A DNA stretch of 64,000 nt. Origin: an uncultured Hormoscilla sp. GTDB lineage: Bacteria > Cyanobacteriota > Cyanobacteriia > Cyanobacteriales > Desertifilaceae. Below, one piece after another: positions 10,917 through 21,620 of this stretch (position 1 is its first letter; each line of letters opens with the position of its first letter). The DNA lies in assembly GCA_963921275.4 (NCBI GenBank), contig OZ001293.3, positions 2,016,001 through 2,080,000 of the forward strand. The letters run 5' to 3'. A program made the position numbers and the translations under genes. The notes beneath the pieces were generated by a model. It was not told where the DNA came from, did no database searches, and saw only the letters and a list, made by a program, of their open reading frames with translations.

Positions 10917-11208
10917 CCGTTCGATTGGGCGATCGCCATTCTTTTGCGGGTAGCGATCGCCCATTTGATAAGCCAAGATTAACAATTCCGTTTGCTTCGC
11001 CCTGGCGACGTATCGCCGCGTTCTGGGGATGCACCAGAGGAGGCAGAGCCTCCCGAAAACGTTTCCGGCCCGATCCCGCAGCGTGGCGCAGCCATGTCAG
11101 GGAACGAGAGAAGCGTTGGGTTTCGTGAGATAACCCAACCTACAATATAGCCCGCGCAGGCGGGCGAAAGTTTGTCTAGCCCCACCCTGAAGGGTGAGGG
11201 CTCAGAGG

Positions 11209-14200
11209 CTACAATTGCAGCAATCTTTGTAGAGGAATCTCGACAACATCAGGACAGTTCTTGAGTTCGTAACCCAACTCGTAAATGACTTTCTCTATTA
11301 TATAAGCATCCAGCAACACTTGCAATTCTTGCTCAGTTTTCGGCAAGAATCTGGTATCTTTGGCTGTTTCTAAATAGGCCTTCAAGAACGCAACGCTTAC
11401 CCAACCAGACCAAAACTGCGTCCACTGCTCCATCTGGGATAGGTTTTCGGTGAGTAGCGGTCCTGTTTGGACTTCACGGCGTAGGGCGTGCGCTGCGGCA
11501 TGATGGAATGATTGCAGCATACTGGCCACATCTCGTAGGGGCGATCGCTTCATCCGTCGTTCGCTTAAGGGGCGGCTTGGTTCTCCCTCAAAGTCAATAA
11601 TGATAAAGTCCTTACCCGTATACAGCACTTGCGCTAAATGATAGTCCCCGTGGCAGCGAGTACGCTGAGCCGTAATCTTCAAATTCAAAATTGACCCCAA
11701 ACGAGTCAGCAGCATCTCCTGATGGTTGAGCACCGCATGGGCTAAAGGTTCAACCTCTGGTTTCAGCCGTCCCAGTTTTTTTCTTAAGGAAAGTAATACT
11801 TGTCCTACCAGGTTGCGGGTGTACTGATAGATCGAACGCTGGTAAAAAGAGCTGAAGGGTTCCGGAGCAAAGGCCGAATTTTCCGAGTCTGAGCTTAAGG
11901 TTAGATGCAACTCGGCGGTCTGCTTGCCTAATATTTCTGCCGAATTGATGTAAAAGCCGATGGTTTCATAGGCCAAATCTGGCAGTTCCATCCCCATAGA
12001 CTCTGTCAAGGAAGAGGGCGGCAAAATTACCTCGCTCAACTCTTCCCGCTTGACGGCTATATTCTCGAAATAGTCTCGCAGGTTGTCCAGGGTGTAATGC
12101 CAAGCATTCCTGTTATTGGCGATATACTTTTGCATTATCCCCACAGTGGAGGGCTGACCATTATTTTGGGGATGATACTCCAGATAACCCGCAATGGGTG
12201 CAAAGTGTTCCAGGCTTTTTTTCTCCGTCAGGAAGCGACCAATTTCCAAGTCCGGGTTCATCCCTGCTTCCAGCTTGCGGAAAAGCTTGAGAATCAGCCG
12301 ATCGCCGTAAACTATGGAAGTATTGCTCTGTTCTCCTGGCAGTAGCGCCGGTTCCAGGTTATGAGCTGCTTCCGTCAGCATCGCCAATACTGGAGTGCTA
12401 TTGGCACTCAGGGTTCCGGCTTTACCTTGGTAACGACCCTGGGTGCTTATTGCTTTCAAGGTAAAGCTTAAAAATTCTTTGTCTCCTACCGCATCGTAGA
12501 TTTGCCCGGATTCTTCCGTGCTTTGAATGTACAGATGGGCGACAATGTAAATGTTATCCTTGCTGATGAGGCTATTTTCCTCGTAACTTAAAGGCATCAG
12601 ATAAGTTTGCGGGTCTCCTTCGGTATACTCCAACCGCAGCATCGCTAAAACTGTTTTTGTCCGGGCGTCACCCAAAGGAATAGTCTCGATAATTGCAGCC
12701 GATCGCACAATTCGTCCTTTCGCATCAAACCAACGACAGCTATACAGATAATTGGAAAGACTCGACTCCAAAGCTGTCTTGATTTGCGGTACGGCAAAAA
12801 CATCCTGCCAGTTACTGCTTACCGTCAGCTGCGGTTGCGATCTTTGGGGTTGCAGCATTTGAGCAACCGTATGCTGCTGTTGCAGCATAAACCAATAAAA
12901 AGAGTGGGGACCGATGCTGAAAAAGTAAGGCGCATCCTCGATTTTCGGGAACTGACTGCGCCCGAAAATTTCCACTGGCACCATACCTGCAAAAGCAGAT
13001 AAGTCTAACTCCACTGTTTGCACGAAACGAGACAAGTTGGCGACTACCAGGATATGTTCTCCGTTGTAGGTGCGGGTGAAAGCCAACACCTTACGGTTAT
13101 CTGGGTGCAGTAGTTCAAAAGCGCCCCGCCCAAATGCCTGAAAGCGTTGCCTGGTGGCAATTAGCCGTTTTGTCCACCACAACAGGGAGTTCGTATTTCC
13201 CTGTTGCGCTTCCACGTTAATGGCTTCGTAATGATATTCTGGATCGACAATCACCGGGGCATAGAGTTTTTGCGGGTTCGCCCGACTAAAGCCAGCGTTG
13301 CGATCGCCACTCCACTGCATGGGGGTGCGCACGCCGTGGCGATCGCCTAGATAAATATTGTCCCCCATGCCTATTTCGTCCCCGTAGTAGATTACCGGCG
13401 TTCCCGGCAGAGACAGCAATAAACTGCTTAACAATTCCACTTGGCGACGATCGTTCCCCAACAGAGTAGACAAGCGGCGGCGAATGCCTAAATTTAGACG
13501 CGCTTGGGTATCTTGAGCATAAACCCGATACATATAGTCTCTGTCTTCATCGCTAACCATTTCCAACGTCAACTCGTCGTGGTTACGCAGAAACAGCGCC
13601 CACTGACAATTATCGGGAATGAGGGGAGTTTGATCGAGGATGTCGGCGATCGGGAAACTATCTTCCATGCGCAATGACATAAACAACCGGGGCATCAGGG
13701 GAAAGTGAAAATTCATGTGACATTCATCCCCATTGCCATAATAATTTGCGGCATCTTCCGGCCACTGATTTGCCTCTGCTAGTAGCATCCGGTTGGGGTA
13801 TTTTGCATCTATATATGCTCGCAACTGTTTCAGAAAAGCATGGGTTTCTGGTAAGTTCTCGCAGTTAGTGCCTTCTTTCACGCACAGATAAGGCACTGCA
13901 TCCAGTCGCATCCCGTCCACGCCCTTACTAAACCAAAAATCTGCTACATCAAACACCGCCTCCCACACGGCTGGGTTCTCGTAGTTCAAATCTGGCTGAT
14001 GGGAATAAAAACGGTGCCAGTAATATGCTTTTGCCACCGGATCCCAAGCCCAGTTAGAATTCTCGAAATCTTGGAAAATTATTCGCACCTCTGGATATTT
14101 TTCCGGGGTATCGCTCCAAACATAAAAATCACGTTCTTTGCTCCCTTTCGGCGCTTTCCTCGCTCGTTTAAACCAGGAATGTTGGTCGGAAGTATGGTTA

Positions 14201-14529
14201 ACTACCAACTCAAGAATTACTCTAATTCCCCGTTCGTGCGCCCCATCCAAAAACTCTTGAAAATCATCCAAGTACCCGTAGATATGGTTAACATTTTTGT
14301 AGTCCCCAATGTCGTAACCATCATCTCGCAGAGGCGAGGGAAAAAAAGGTAATATCCAAATTGCCGTTATCCCCAAGTCTTTCACGTAGTCTAGCTTTTC
14401 AGTGAGTCCCTGAAAATCCCCAATCCCGTCGCAGTTACTGTCTGCAAAGGCCCGTACAGGCACTTCATAAATGATAGCATCCTTAAACCACAACGGATCG
14501 TTCTTCAAATGTTCTTGAGAATCTGGCAT
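11209..14529 (-). CDS. treS: Trehalose synthase (maltose alpha-D-glucosyltransferase) fused to maltokinase
   Basis: GH13 motifs RLDAVPYL, LLAEANQW and FLRNHDELTLE; kinase half with EQSNTS, HGDYHLAQVL and DFEGEP. Confidence 0.95.
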   Translation of the reverse strand: MPDSQEHLKNDPLWFKDAIIYEVPVRAFADSNCDGIGDFQGLTEKLDYVKDLGITAIWILPFFPSPLRDDGYDIGDYKNVNHIYGYLDDFQEFLDGAHERGIRVILELVVNHTSDQHSWFKRARKAPKGSKERDFYVWSDTPEKYPEVRIIFQDFENSNWAWDPVAKAYYWHRFYSHQPDLNYENPAVWEAVFDVADFWFSKGVDGMRLDAVPYLCVKEGTNCENLPETHAFLKQLRAYIDAKYPNRMLLAEANQWPEDAANYYGNGDECHMNFHFPLMPRLFMSLRMEDSFPIADILDQTPLIPDNCQWALFLRNHDELTLEMVSDEDRDYMYRVYAQDTQARLNLGIRRRLSTLLGNDRRQVELLSSLLLSLPGTPVIYYGDEIGMGDNIYLGDRHGVRTPMQWSGDRNAGFSRANPQKLYAPVIVDPEYHYEAINVEAQQGNTNSLLWWTKRLIATRQRFQAFGRGAFELLHPDNRKVLAFTRTYNGEHILVVANLSRFVQTVELDLSAFAGMVPVEIFGRSQFPKIEDAPYFFSIGPHSFYWFMLQQQHTVAQMLQPQRSQPQLTVSSNWQDVFAVPQIKTALESSLSNYLYSCRWFDAKGRIVRSAAIIETIPLGDARTKTVLAMLRLEYTEGDPQTYLMPLSYEENSLISKDNIYIVAHLYIQSTEESGQIYDAVGDKEFLSFTLKAISTQGRYQGKAGTLSANSTPVLAMLTEAAHNLEPALLPGEQSNTSIVYGDRLILKLFRKLEAGMNPDLEIGRFLTEKKSLEHFAPIAGYLEYHPQNNGQPSTVGIMQKYIANNRNAWHYTLDNLRDYFENIAVKREELSEVILPPSSLTESMGMELPDLAYETIGFYINSAEILGKQTAELHLTLSSDSENSAFAPEPFSSFYQRSIYQYTRNLVGQVLLSLRKKLGRLKPEVEPLAHAVLNHQEMLLTRLGSILNLKITAQRTRCHGDYHLAQVLYTGKDFIIIDFEGEPSRPLSERRMKRSPLRDVASMLQSFHHAAAHALRREVQTGPLLTENLSQMEQWTQFWSGWVSVAFLKAYLETAKDTRFLPKTEQELQVLLDAYIIEKVIYELGYELKNCPDVVEIPLQRLLQL

Positions 14530-14620
14530 ACTATGGTAATTCCTTGATAATGGAAAATTTCACCCTACAGTTCCCTATCCGGTCCCGATTTTTCCGGAAC
14601 GGTAGGGAACTGTGCGTAAT

Positions 14621-14953
14621 TCACGCCACGGCAAACCCTGTAAATTGTCGCACATATGGCGTTCTAAAGCCCAAAACAATATCTGTTTTAGGTATGCCTA
14701 ATTCTACTAACTGGTTAGCTAGTCCCTCCTCTGTAAAATCTTGTTGAATCCAGATTTTACCATCGTTAATATTGATATGAATGGGGCATCCATGAATTCT
14801 TTCCTCGCCATTCCATCCCACGTATAATAATAAATAGTTGTCCCGGGTCCGATCGAAAACAACTTGAACGTTCTTGGCGTATTGGGGGTTTTGTTCAGCC
14901 GCATGTTGCTGAATAATTTTTTCGATTAACTCTCGGTAATCTATTCTTTCCAT
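14621..14953 (-). CDS. xisI: XisI family protein
   Basis: GKIWIQQDFTEEGLANQLVELGIPKTDIVLGF...RQFTGFAVA. Confidence 0.9.
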   Translation of the reverse strand: MERIDYRELIEKIIQQHAAEQNPQYAKNVQVVFDRTRDNYLLLYVGWNGEERIHGCPIHININDGKIWIQQDFTEEGLANQLVELGIPKTDIVLGFRTPYVRQFTGFAVA

Positions 14954-15375
14954 AAGGCGATCTCCTGCTTATCCCTTGTAAATACTAACAATTTCATTGG
15001 CAAGCTATCTATTATTTCTTGAACAAATGGATCTGTAAAAAAACTGTAATAAACCTCCTGGGGAATAGCTAAATACAAAATTCGTTCTGGATCGAGTTTT
15101 TCCAAGGCTTTCTTATAGTTATAAAATTGACCAACAGCCATGTGTAACTCGTAGATTGCAGATAAACCTACAAAGCTTTTGACTTCCACGGCTATCAGAG
15201 ATTATCCCTTTACCGTGCCGGAAAAATCGGCAGAGATTAACTTTTCAGCTCCAAAGTCTATCTTTATTTTAACTCGCTCACTGGGGTTGAGAAATAAAGG
15301 GTCGCTAGTTATTGTCTACCCATCTTTTTCTAAAGCAGAACGCACTGTGTTGTTAAATATATCTTTCGCTGACAT
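14941..15375 (-). pseudogene. xisH: XisH family protein with nonsense codons
   Basis: MSAKDIFNNTVRSALEKDG*TITSDP (probably TGG to TAG), a second stop near 15203, then IAVEVKSF...W. Confidence 0.85.
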
Positions 15376-15530
15376 TTTATATATACTAAGGATAAGAACT
15401 ACATTTGCTATGGCGAGCGCCGATTCTTTCTATTTACAGATTAACACAAAATGTGGGTAATGACAAGGCCAGAGTCAGGTAAGGAGAGAACGGGGGGGGT
15501 TGGGTTTCGTGGGTCAACCCAACCTACAAG

Positions 15531-17045
15531 CTATTGAAGACAGCGGATAGCTTCCAAAAGACCCCTCGCCTTATTCAGAGTTTCCTCGTACTCCGTCTCC
15601 GGGTCCGAGTCAGCAACCATACCCGCCCCCGCCTGCACGGAAACTGTTTGGTTGCGAACCACCATCGTCCGAATAGTAATAGCGCTATTCAACTGTCCCT
15701 CAAAATCGTAGAAACCGTAGACTCCCGAATATGGACCTCGCCGACAAGCTTCCAGTTCGTGAATAATCTCCATTGCCCGAATTTTCGGCGCACCGCTCAC
15801 AGTCCCAGCGGGGAAACTTGCCTTCAGTAAATCCCACGCATTCCGATCGGGGCGCAGTTCTCCCACCACATTACTCACTATATGCATCACGTGGGAGTAG
15901 CGCTCGATTACCATCAACTCATTCACCTGCACCGTCCCGCTAGTGCAGACCCGCCCTAAGTCATTCCGCCCTAAATCTACTAACATCACGTGTTCCGCCC
16001 TTTCCTTCGGGTCTTGCAATAACTCCTCTGCTAGGGCCACATCTTCTGCATGGGTTTTGCCTCGGCGTCGCGTTCCCGCGATCGGGCGCAGAGTCGCGAT
16101 CTTATTTCCAGTAGGTGCCTTTTCGGCCTTAACCATCACCTCTGGAGAGGAACCGATTATTTGCCAATCGCCAAAGTTAAAATAAGCCATGTAAGGGGAA
16201 GGATTAATCAGGCGCAGCGATCGATAAAGGGCAAAAGGTTCCCCAGTATAGGCAGTGGTGAGCCGTTGGGAGAGGGCAACTTGAAAAATATCCCCTGCGT
16301 AGATATAATCCTTAGCCTTCTGGACATTAGCACAGAACTTTTCCTTGGGCGTATTGCTAGAGTAACTCAATTCTCTATTTCCGGCAGTACCTGGAGGACT
16401 CCATTGCCAAAACGCATCTTTCCCAGATACAGCATCGGAATGGAGTTTGTTTACCATTGCCTTGACCCGATCGCAGGCTTGCTGATAAACTGCCGACAAG
16501 TTCTGCTCTTGTTCCCGCAGGTCCGCATAAGCAACAGCCCAGATTTTCCGCTTCACCTGGTCGAAAATCAGCAGCTGGTCCATCTGCATCCACAACCCAT
16601 CTGGCAGTTCCTCCTCTTCCGGTGGATACACTGGCATTCTAGGTTCAATCCAGCGGATCAGTTCGTAACCCCAGAACCCGAAGAACCCGCCAATTCCGGG
16701 GGGTAACTGGGGTAATTTTACTGGACGATAGGGTTCCAGACATTGGGCCATGATGGCAAAAGGGTCCCCTGAAAAGCTGTCTCGCGCCCCATCCCGCCAA
16801 GTCCGAGTCGTACTATTGCCCCTTGCTTCTAAGACCCACAGGGGGTCGCAACCTATAAAACTGTAGCGTGCCAGGTGTTCGCCGCCTTCGACAGATTCCA
16901 GCAGAAAATTATATGGATAACCGGCGCATACCTTATACCAAGCAGAAACAGGGGTATCCAGGTCAGCCACCCATTCACGGTAGACCGGGACAAAATTACC
17001 TTGTTGAGCGAGTTCTGTAAACTGGGAGAAATCTGGAAAAATCAT
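15531..17045 (-). CDS. trpE: Anthranilate synthase component I
   Basis: LLESVEGG, NPSPYM, PIAGTR, AEHVMLVDLGRND, PAGTVSGAPK. Confidence 0.93.
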   Translation of the reverse strand: MIFPDFSQFTELAQQGNFVPVYREWVADLDTPVSAWYKVCAGYPYNFLLESVEGGEHLARYSFIGCDPLWVLEARGNSTTRTWRDGARDSFSGDPFAIMAQCLEPYRPVKLPQLPPGIGGFFGFWGYELIRWIEPRMPVYPPEEEELPDGLWMQMDQLLIFDQVKRKIWAVAYADLREQEQNLSAVYQQACDRVKAMVNKLHSDAVSGKDAFWQWSPPGTAGNRELSYSSNTPKEKFCANVQKAKDYIYAGDIFQVALSQRLTTAYTGEPFALYRSLRLINPSPYMAYFNFGDWQIIGSSPEVMVKAEKAPTGNKIATLRPIAGTRRRGKTHAEDVALAEELLQDPKERAEHVMLVDLGRNDLGRVCTSGTVQVNELMVIERYSHVMHIVSNVVGELRPDRNAWDLLKASFPAGTVSGAPKIRAMEIIHELEACRRGPYSGVYGFYDFEGQLNSAITIRTMVVRNQTVSVQAGAGMVADSDPETEYEETLNKARGLLEAIRCLQ

Positions 17046-17135
17046 CTGGGTTATGGGGGTTGGACTTACCGACCGCGTGCGAGAGTGATATCGCGTCCGC
17101 TGCTAACAACGATAGCGTAGAAATAGCCTTACAAT

Positions 17136-19781
17136 TTGATTTCCATGCCAACATGCGAGGAGAATTTGCCAATGCTAAAAGCATATCGTCAACATGTGGC
17201 CGATCGGGCAGCAATGGGGATCCCGCCCCTGCCCCTAGATGCCCAGCAGACTGCCGATCTGTGCGAACTGCTGAAATATCCTCAACCTGGGGAAGAAGAA
17301 ACCCTGATGGCCTTATTGCGCGATCGGGTGCCCCCTGGGGTAGATGAGGCCGCCTACGTGAAAGCTGGCTTTCTCACCGCCGTGGCCAAGCGGGAAATTA
17401 CCTGTCCTCTGATCGTGCCCCAGGGGGCGATCGACCTCTTAGGGACAATGGTAGGGGGCTACAACGTGCAATCCTTAGTGGAGTTTCTCAAGTCTAGCAA
17501 CGCCAACCTGGCAGTTGGGGCCGCCACCGCCCTGAGTAAGATGACCTTGGTGTTTGATGCCTTTAACGAAATCTTGGAACTCTCGGAAGTCAACCCCTAC
17601 GCCAAGCAAGTAATTGACGCCTGGGCCAATGGGGCCTGGTTCATCCGCCGTCCCCAGGTGCCAGAAGCTATTCAGGTAACGGTGTTTAAGGTACAGGGAG
17701 AGACCAATACCGACGACCTCTCCCCCGCCACCCATGCTACCACCCGCCCGGACATCCCCTTACATGCCTTGTCCATGTTGGAAGCCCGCATGCCCGGGGC
17801 CCTAGAAACCATCGCTCAGTTGAAAGAAAAAGGACATCCCGTCGCCTATGTCGGAGATGTGGTGGGAACCGGTTCCTCCCGCAAATCTGCCATTAACTCT
17901 TTACTCTGGCATATCGGTAATGATATTCCCGACGTGCCCAACAAGCGGGCTGGAGGCTATATTTTGGGAGGCGCGATCGCCCCCATCTTCTTCAACACCG
18001 CTGAGGACTCTGGGGCCTTGCCCATCGAATGTGATGTCACCCAGATGGAAACGGGCATGGTAATTACAATCCATCCCTACAAAGGGGAAATTACCAACGA
18101 AGCAGGGGAAGTCATCTCCACTTTCACCCTCAAGCCCGAAACTATTTTAGATGAAGTGCGAGCCGGGGGACGCATTCCCTTACTAATTGGCCGCAGTCTC
18201 ACGGACAAAACCCGGGAAGCATTAGGATATGAACCCAGTCCTTTGTTTACTCGTCCCCGGATGCCCGCAGATACTGGCAAAGGTTTTACTTTGGCACAGA
18301 AAATGGTGGGGAAAGCTTGTGGTTTACCAGGAATTCGTCCGGGAACCGCTTGCGAACCCATTATGACCACAGTTGGTTCCCAGGATACCACGGGACCGAT
18401 GACCAGGGACGAATTAAAAGAACTCGCCTGTCTCGGTTTCAGCGCCGACTTAGTCATGCAGAGTTTCTGCCATACAGCAGCATATCCCAAACCCACAGAC
18501 ATTAAAGTCCATAAAAGTTTACCCGATTTCTTCTTTACAAGGGGTGGAGTCGCCTTGCGTCCGGGTGATGGCATTATCCACTCCTGGTTGAACCGCATGT
18601 TGCTACCGGATACCGTCGGCACCGGGGGCGACTCCCACACCCGTTTTCCCCTCGGAATTTCCTTTCCAGCGGGTTCGGGGTTAGTCGCCTTCGCCGCCGC
18701 ATTAGGGGTAATGCCCTTAGACATGCCAGAATCAGTTTTACTGCGGTTCCAGGGAGAATTGCAACCCGGAGTCACCCTGCGGGATATCGTGAATGCCATT
18801 CCATACGTAGCCATCCAGAAGGGGTTGCTAACCGTGGCCAAAGAAAACAAGAAGAACGTCTTTTCTGGACGGATCTTGGAAATGGAAGGTTTGCCCGATT
18901 TGAAAGTGGAACAGGCTTTTGAACTCACCGATGCCACAGCGGAACGTTCTTGTGCCGGATGTGTTGTGAAGTTGGGAACTGAAACTGTTTCGGAATATTT
19001 GCGATCGAACGTAGTCCTATTAAAGAATATGGTAGCGCGGGGCTATCAGGATGGGCGGAACATCATGCGCCGGGTAGCCAAGATGGAACGATGGTTAGTA
19101 AATCCCGAATTAATGTCGGCAGATGGGGATGCCGAGTACGCAGAAGTGATTGAAGTCAATCTTAAGGAGATTAAGGAACCCATTGTCGCCGCCCCCAACG
19201 ATCCAGATAACGTGAAATTAATGTCAGAATGTGCGGGGGACAAAATCCATGAAGTGTTCATCGGTTCTTGCATGACGAACATCGGTCATTATCGGGCCGC
19301 AGCCAAGGTGTTAGAAAATGCCGGACCGGTAAAGGTGCGGCTGTGGATTTGTCCGCCCACGCGCATGGACGAAAAGCAGTTGCGAGAAGAAGGACGGTAC
19401 GGAATTTTTGCCGCCGCCGGGGCGCGAACGGAAATGCCAGGATGTTCCTTATGTATGGGAAATCAGGCGCGAGTAGAAGATGGGGTGACGGTATTTTCCA
19501 CTTCGACCCGTAATTTCAAAAATCGCATGGGTAAAGGTGCGCAAGTGTATCTGGGTTCAGCGGAATTGGCAGTAGTTTGCGCACTCTTAGGACGCATTCC
19601 CACAGTAGAGGAATACATGGAGATTGTCAAGGAGAAGATTGACCCATTTGCCGGTGACTTGTATCGCTATTTGAACTTCGATCGAATTGCCGGATTCGAG
19701 GATGAAGGTCGGGTGATACCATTGGAAGAGATGCCCAAGATTGAGGAGATTTTGGGAATGCCAGTCGCGGCTGGAAAGTAG
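17136..19781 (+). CDS. acnB: Aconitate hydratase 2 (true start probably ATG at 17172)
   Basis: [51 protein letters not shown]. Confidence 0.97.
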   Translation: MISMPTCEENLPMLKAYRQHVADRAAMGIPPLPLDAQQTADLCELLKYPQPGEEETLMALLRDRVPPGVDEAAYVKAGFLTAVAKREITCPLIVPQGAIDLLGTMVGGYNVQSLVEFLKSSNANLAVGAATALSKMTLVFDAFNEILELSEVNPYAKQVIDAWANGAWFIRRPQVPEAIQVTVFKVQGETNTDDLSPATHATTRPDIPLHALSMLEARMPGALETIAQLKEKGHPVAYVGDVVGTGSSRKSAINSLLWHIGNDIPDVPNKRAGGYILGGAIAPIFFNTAEDSGALPIECDVTQMETGMVITIHPYKGEITNEAGEVISTFTLKPETILDEVRAGGRIPLLIGRSLTDKTREALGYEPSPLFTRPRMPADTGKGFTLAQKMVGKACGLPGIRPGTACEPIMTTVGSQDTTGPMTRDELKELACLGFSADLVMQSFCHTAAYPKPTDIKVHKSLPDFFFTRGGVALRPGDGIIHSWLNRMLLPDTVGTGGDSHTRFPLGISFPAGSGLVAFAAALGVMPLDMPESVLLRFQGELQPGVTLRDIVNAIPYVAIQKGLLTVAKENKKNVFSGRILEMEGLPDLKVEQAFELTDATAERSCAGCVVKLGTETVSEYLRSNVVLLKNMVARGYQDGRNIMRRVAKMERWLVNPELMSADGDAEYAEVIEVNLKEIKEPIVAAPNDPDNVKLMSECAGDKIHEVFIGSCMTNIGHYRAAAKVLENAGPVKVRLWICPPTRMDEKQLREEGRYGIFAAAGARTEMPGCSLCMGNQARVEDGVTVFSTSTRNFKNRMGKGAQVYLGSAELAVVCALLGRIPTVEEYMEIVKEKIDPFAGDLYRYLNFDRIAGFEDEGRVIPLEEMPKIEEILGMPVAAGK

Positions 19782-19801
19782 TATAATAGTAGGGTGGGTA
19801 A

Positions 19802-20613
19802 ATTAGGGGTAACGAGCGGGCAAATCGCTTTCCAACCCTCCCATTCAAAACCGTGCATGCGACTTTCACCGCACCATACTTGTGGGTAGTAGGTCCTTGT
19901 CATAGGTAGGATTACTAGAGATTACTCTCATTGTTCCTTGTCTTATGTGATTTTGCTCCTTCACTGGTTGGTGAGTGGCGCTGCCGGATAACCTTTAGTA
20001 TCACCATTTTCACGTCCGTTTTACCAGTAATTTATTCCTCATCACTTCGCAGTGAAGGGCTGATAACGTTTTAGAGCTACTTTTACCCGAGACTTCCTAC
20101 TATCACCCACCCACGTCTGCTTATCCTAGACATTACTCCAGGCATTTGCTGGGCCATCTCTCTACCCGTGACTTGCGCTATGCGCTGCGCGCACGCTACG
20201 CGGACGCACATCTGACTGGTCCAAGAGGACAGTACAGGAGTAGTTACTTCGTTCCCTGATATCCGGAGCAGCCCTAGGCCTAAAGGCCAGGGCTACATGA
20301 ACGAAGCCCGCCTGCGCGGGCTGGATTTGACGAGGCTTACATGAATTTGCTTGTTCTGACCTTGGACATCTAACAAGCGCGGCGTCACCGACTTAGGCTG
20401 TCAGCTATCCTACATTTAAGTCCTCGGGAGGCACCACGGTGATGTTACTCCGCAGCACCTCACGCGGTTACCCCCGCGCCTGGGGAGAGGGAATTTAATC
20501 CCCATGAATATCAGAGTTCCTAGTTTCCTAGGCTAGCGTTCCCAGTGATTTGAAACAGACGACTTATGAAGTTCACAAGCAAAAGGTTTCATTGGATAAA
20601 AAACGAATCAAAA
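19802..20613 (-). ncRNA. Degenerate ORF-less group II intron (copy 1)
   Basis: Damaged domain V GGTGCGGTGAAAGTCGCATGCACGGTTTTG and a domain VI ending ACCCCTAAT; collinear homology with 52540-53410; EBS1 region replaced by a REP-like repeat. Confidence 0.8.
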
Positions 20614-20717
20614 CTTGCAGCGAATCTGTGGATGCGATTATAAGTCGATTGTAGTTTATTTGAAGTAGCATAATAGTAGGGTGGGCACCGAAAAATCAAA
20701 ATAAGACAAAAGATGAT

Positions 20718-21620
20718 TTGGATATGGTTGAAAAAAGGTACAGCGTGGTAAGTATATTTAGTGGTTGCGGAGGCTTAGATTTAGGATTTAAACAGAAAGG
20801 CTTCGATTTAGTATATGCTTGCGATATTGACCCGAAGGCGGTAGACTGCTATAGCAGAAATATTGAACGATATATCTTTTGCTGGGACGTGCGTAAAGCT
20901 GAATTTCATGCAGATATTGCCGCTATAGGTAGTTGCGATTTGGTGTTAGGGGGCTTTCCGTGCCAAGGATTTTCTAAAGCTGGTCCCAAAAATGTCAAGG
21001 ATCCGCGCAATCTTATCTATAGAGAAATGTATCAGGCGATCGCCAGACTCTGCCCCCACCTCTTTATAGCTGAGAATGTAGACGGCATTTCCCAAAACTT
21101 TGCCGGTGCGTATATCGAACTGATTGTCAAGGAATTTGAACAGATTGGTTATGATGTAGAATATCGCATCCTGGACGCAGCAGCTTTTGGACTTCCTCAA
21201 CACCGCAGACGCATCTTTTTTGTGGGTGTAAGACAGCCATCAAACTATAAATTCCAGTGGCCCGAAGCAACTCATGCAGTCAAAACCCGTAACGGTGAAT
21301 TTAAGATATCCTCGATAAGTATAGAACAGTTACCGCTGTTTCAGTGGGCAAGTAAAAACGGAATATCATTACCAATTCGCACTATTAAGGATGCGATCGC
21401 CGACTTGGTAGAACTAGACGACTGCATTCCAGATCATCAAGTCACTAATGCTTGGTCCCAGAAGTACGAAGTCATTTTTAAGGCGATCGAACCAGGACAA
21501 AAGCTGTGCAATGTCAAACATGCTGCCACATCGGTATATACATGGGAAATTCCCGAATTTTTTGGTCTAGTTACCCAGCGCGAACGGACTATTCTGGAAA
21601 CCATATCCAAGTATCGGCGG
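20718..21620 (+). pseudogene. C5 cytosine DNA methyltransferase, 3'-truncated
   Basis: FSGCGG, GGFPCQGFS, AENV and QHRRRIF motifs; motifs IX/X missing, sequence switches to Ig repeats at ~21621. Confidence 0.85.

Noticed and set aside
18077..18937. 286-aa antisense ORF within acnB (and similar shadows in trpE, treS, DUF561 and argZ)
   Set aside because: Antisense shadows of well-supported genes with no motifs.
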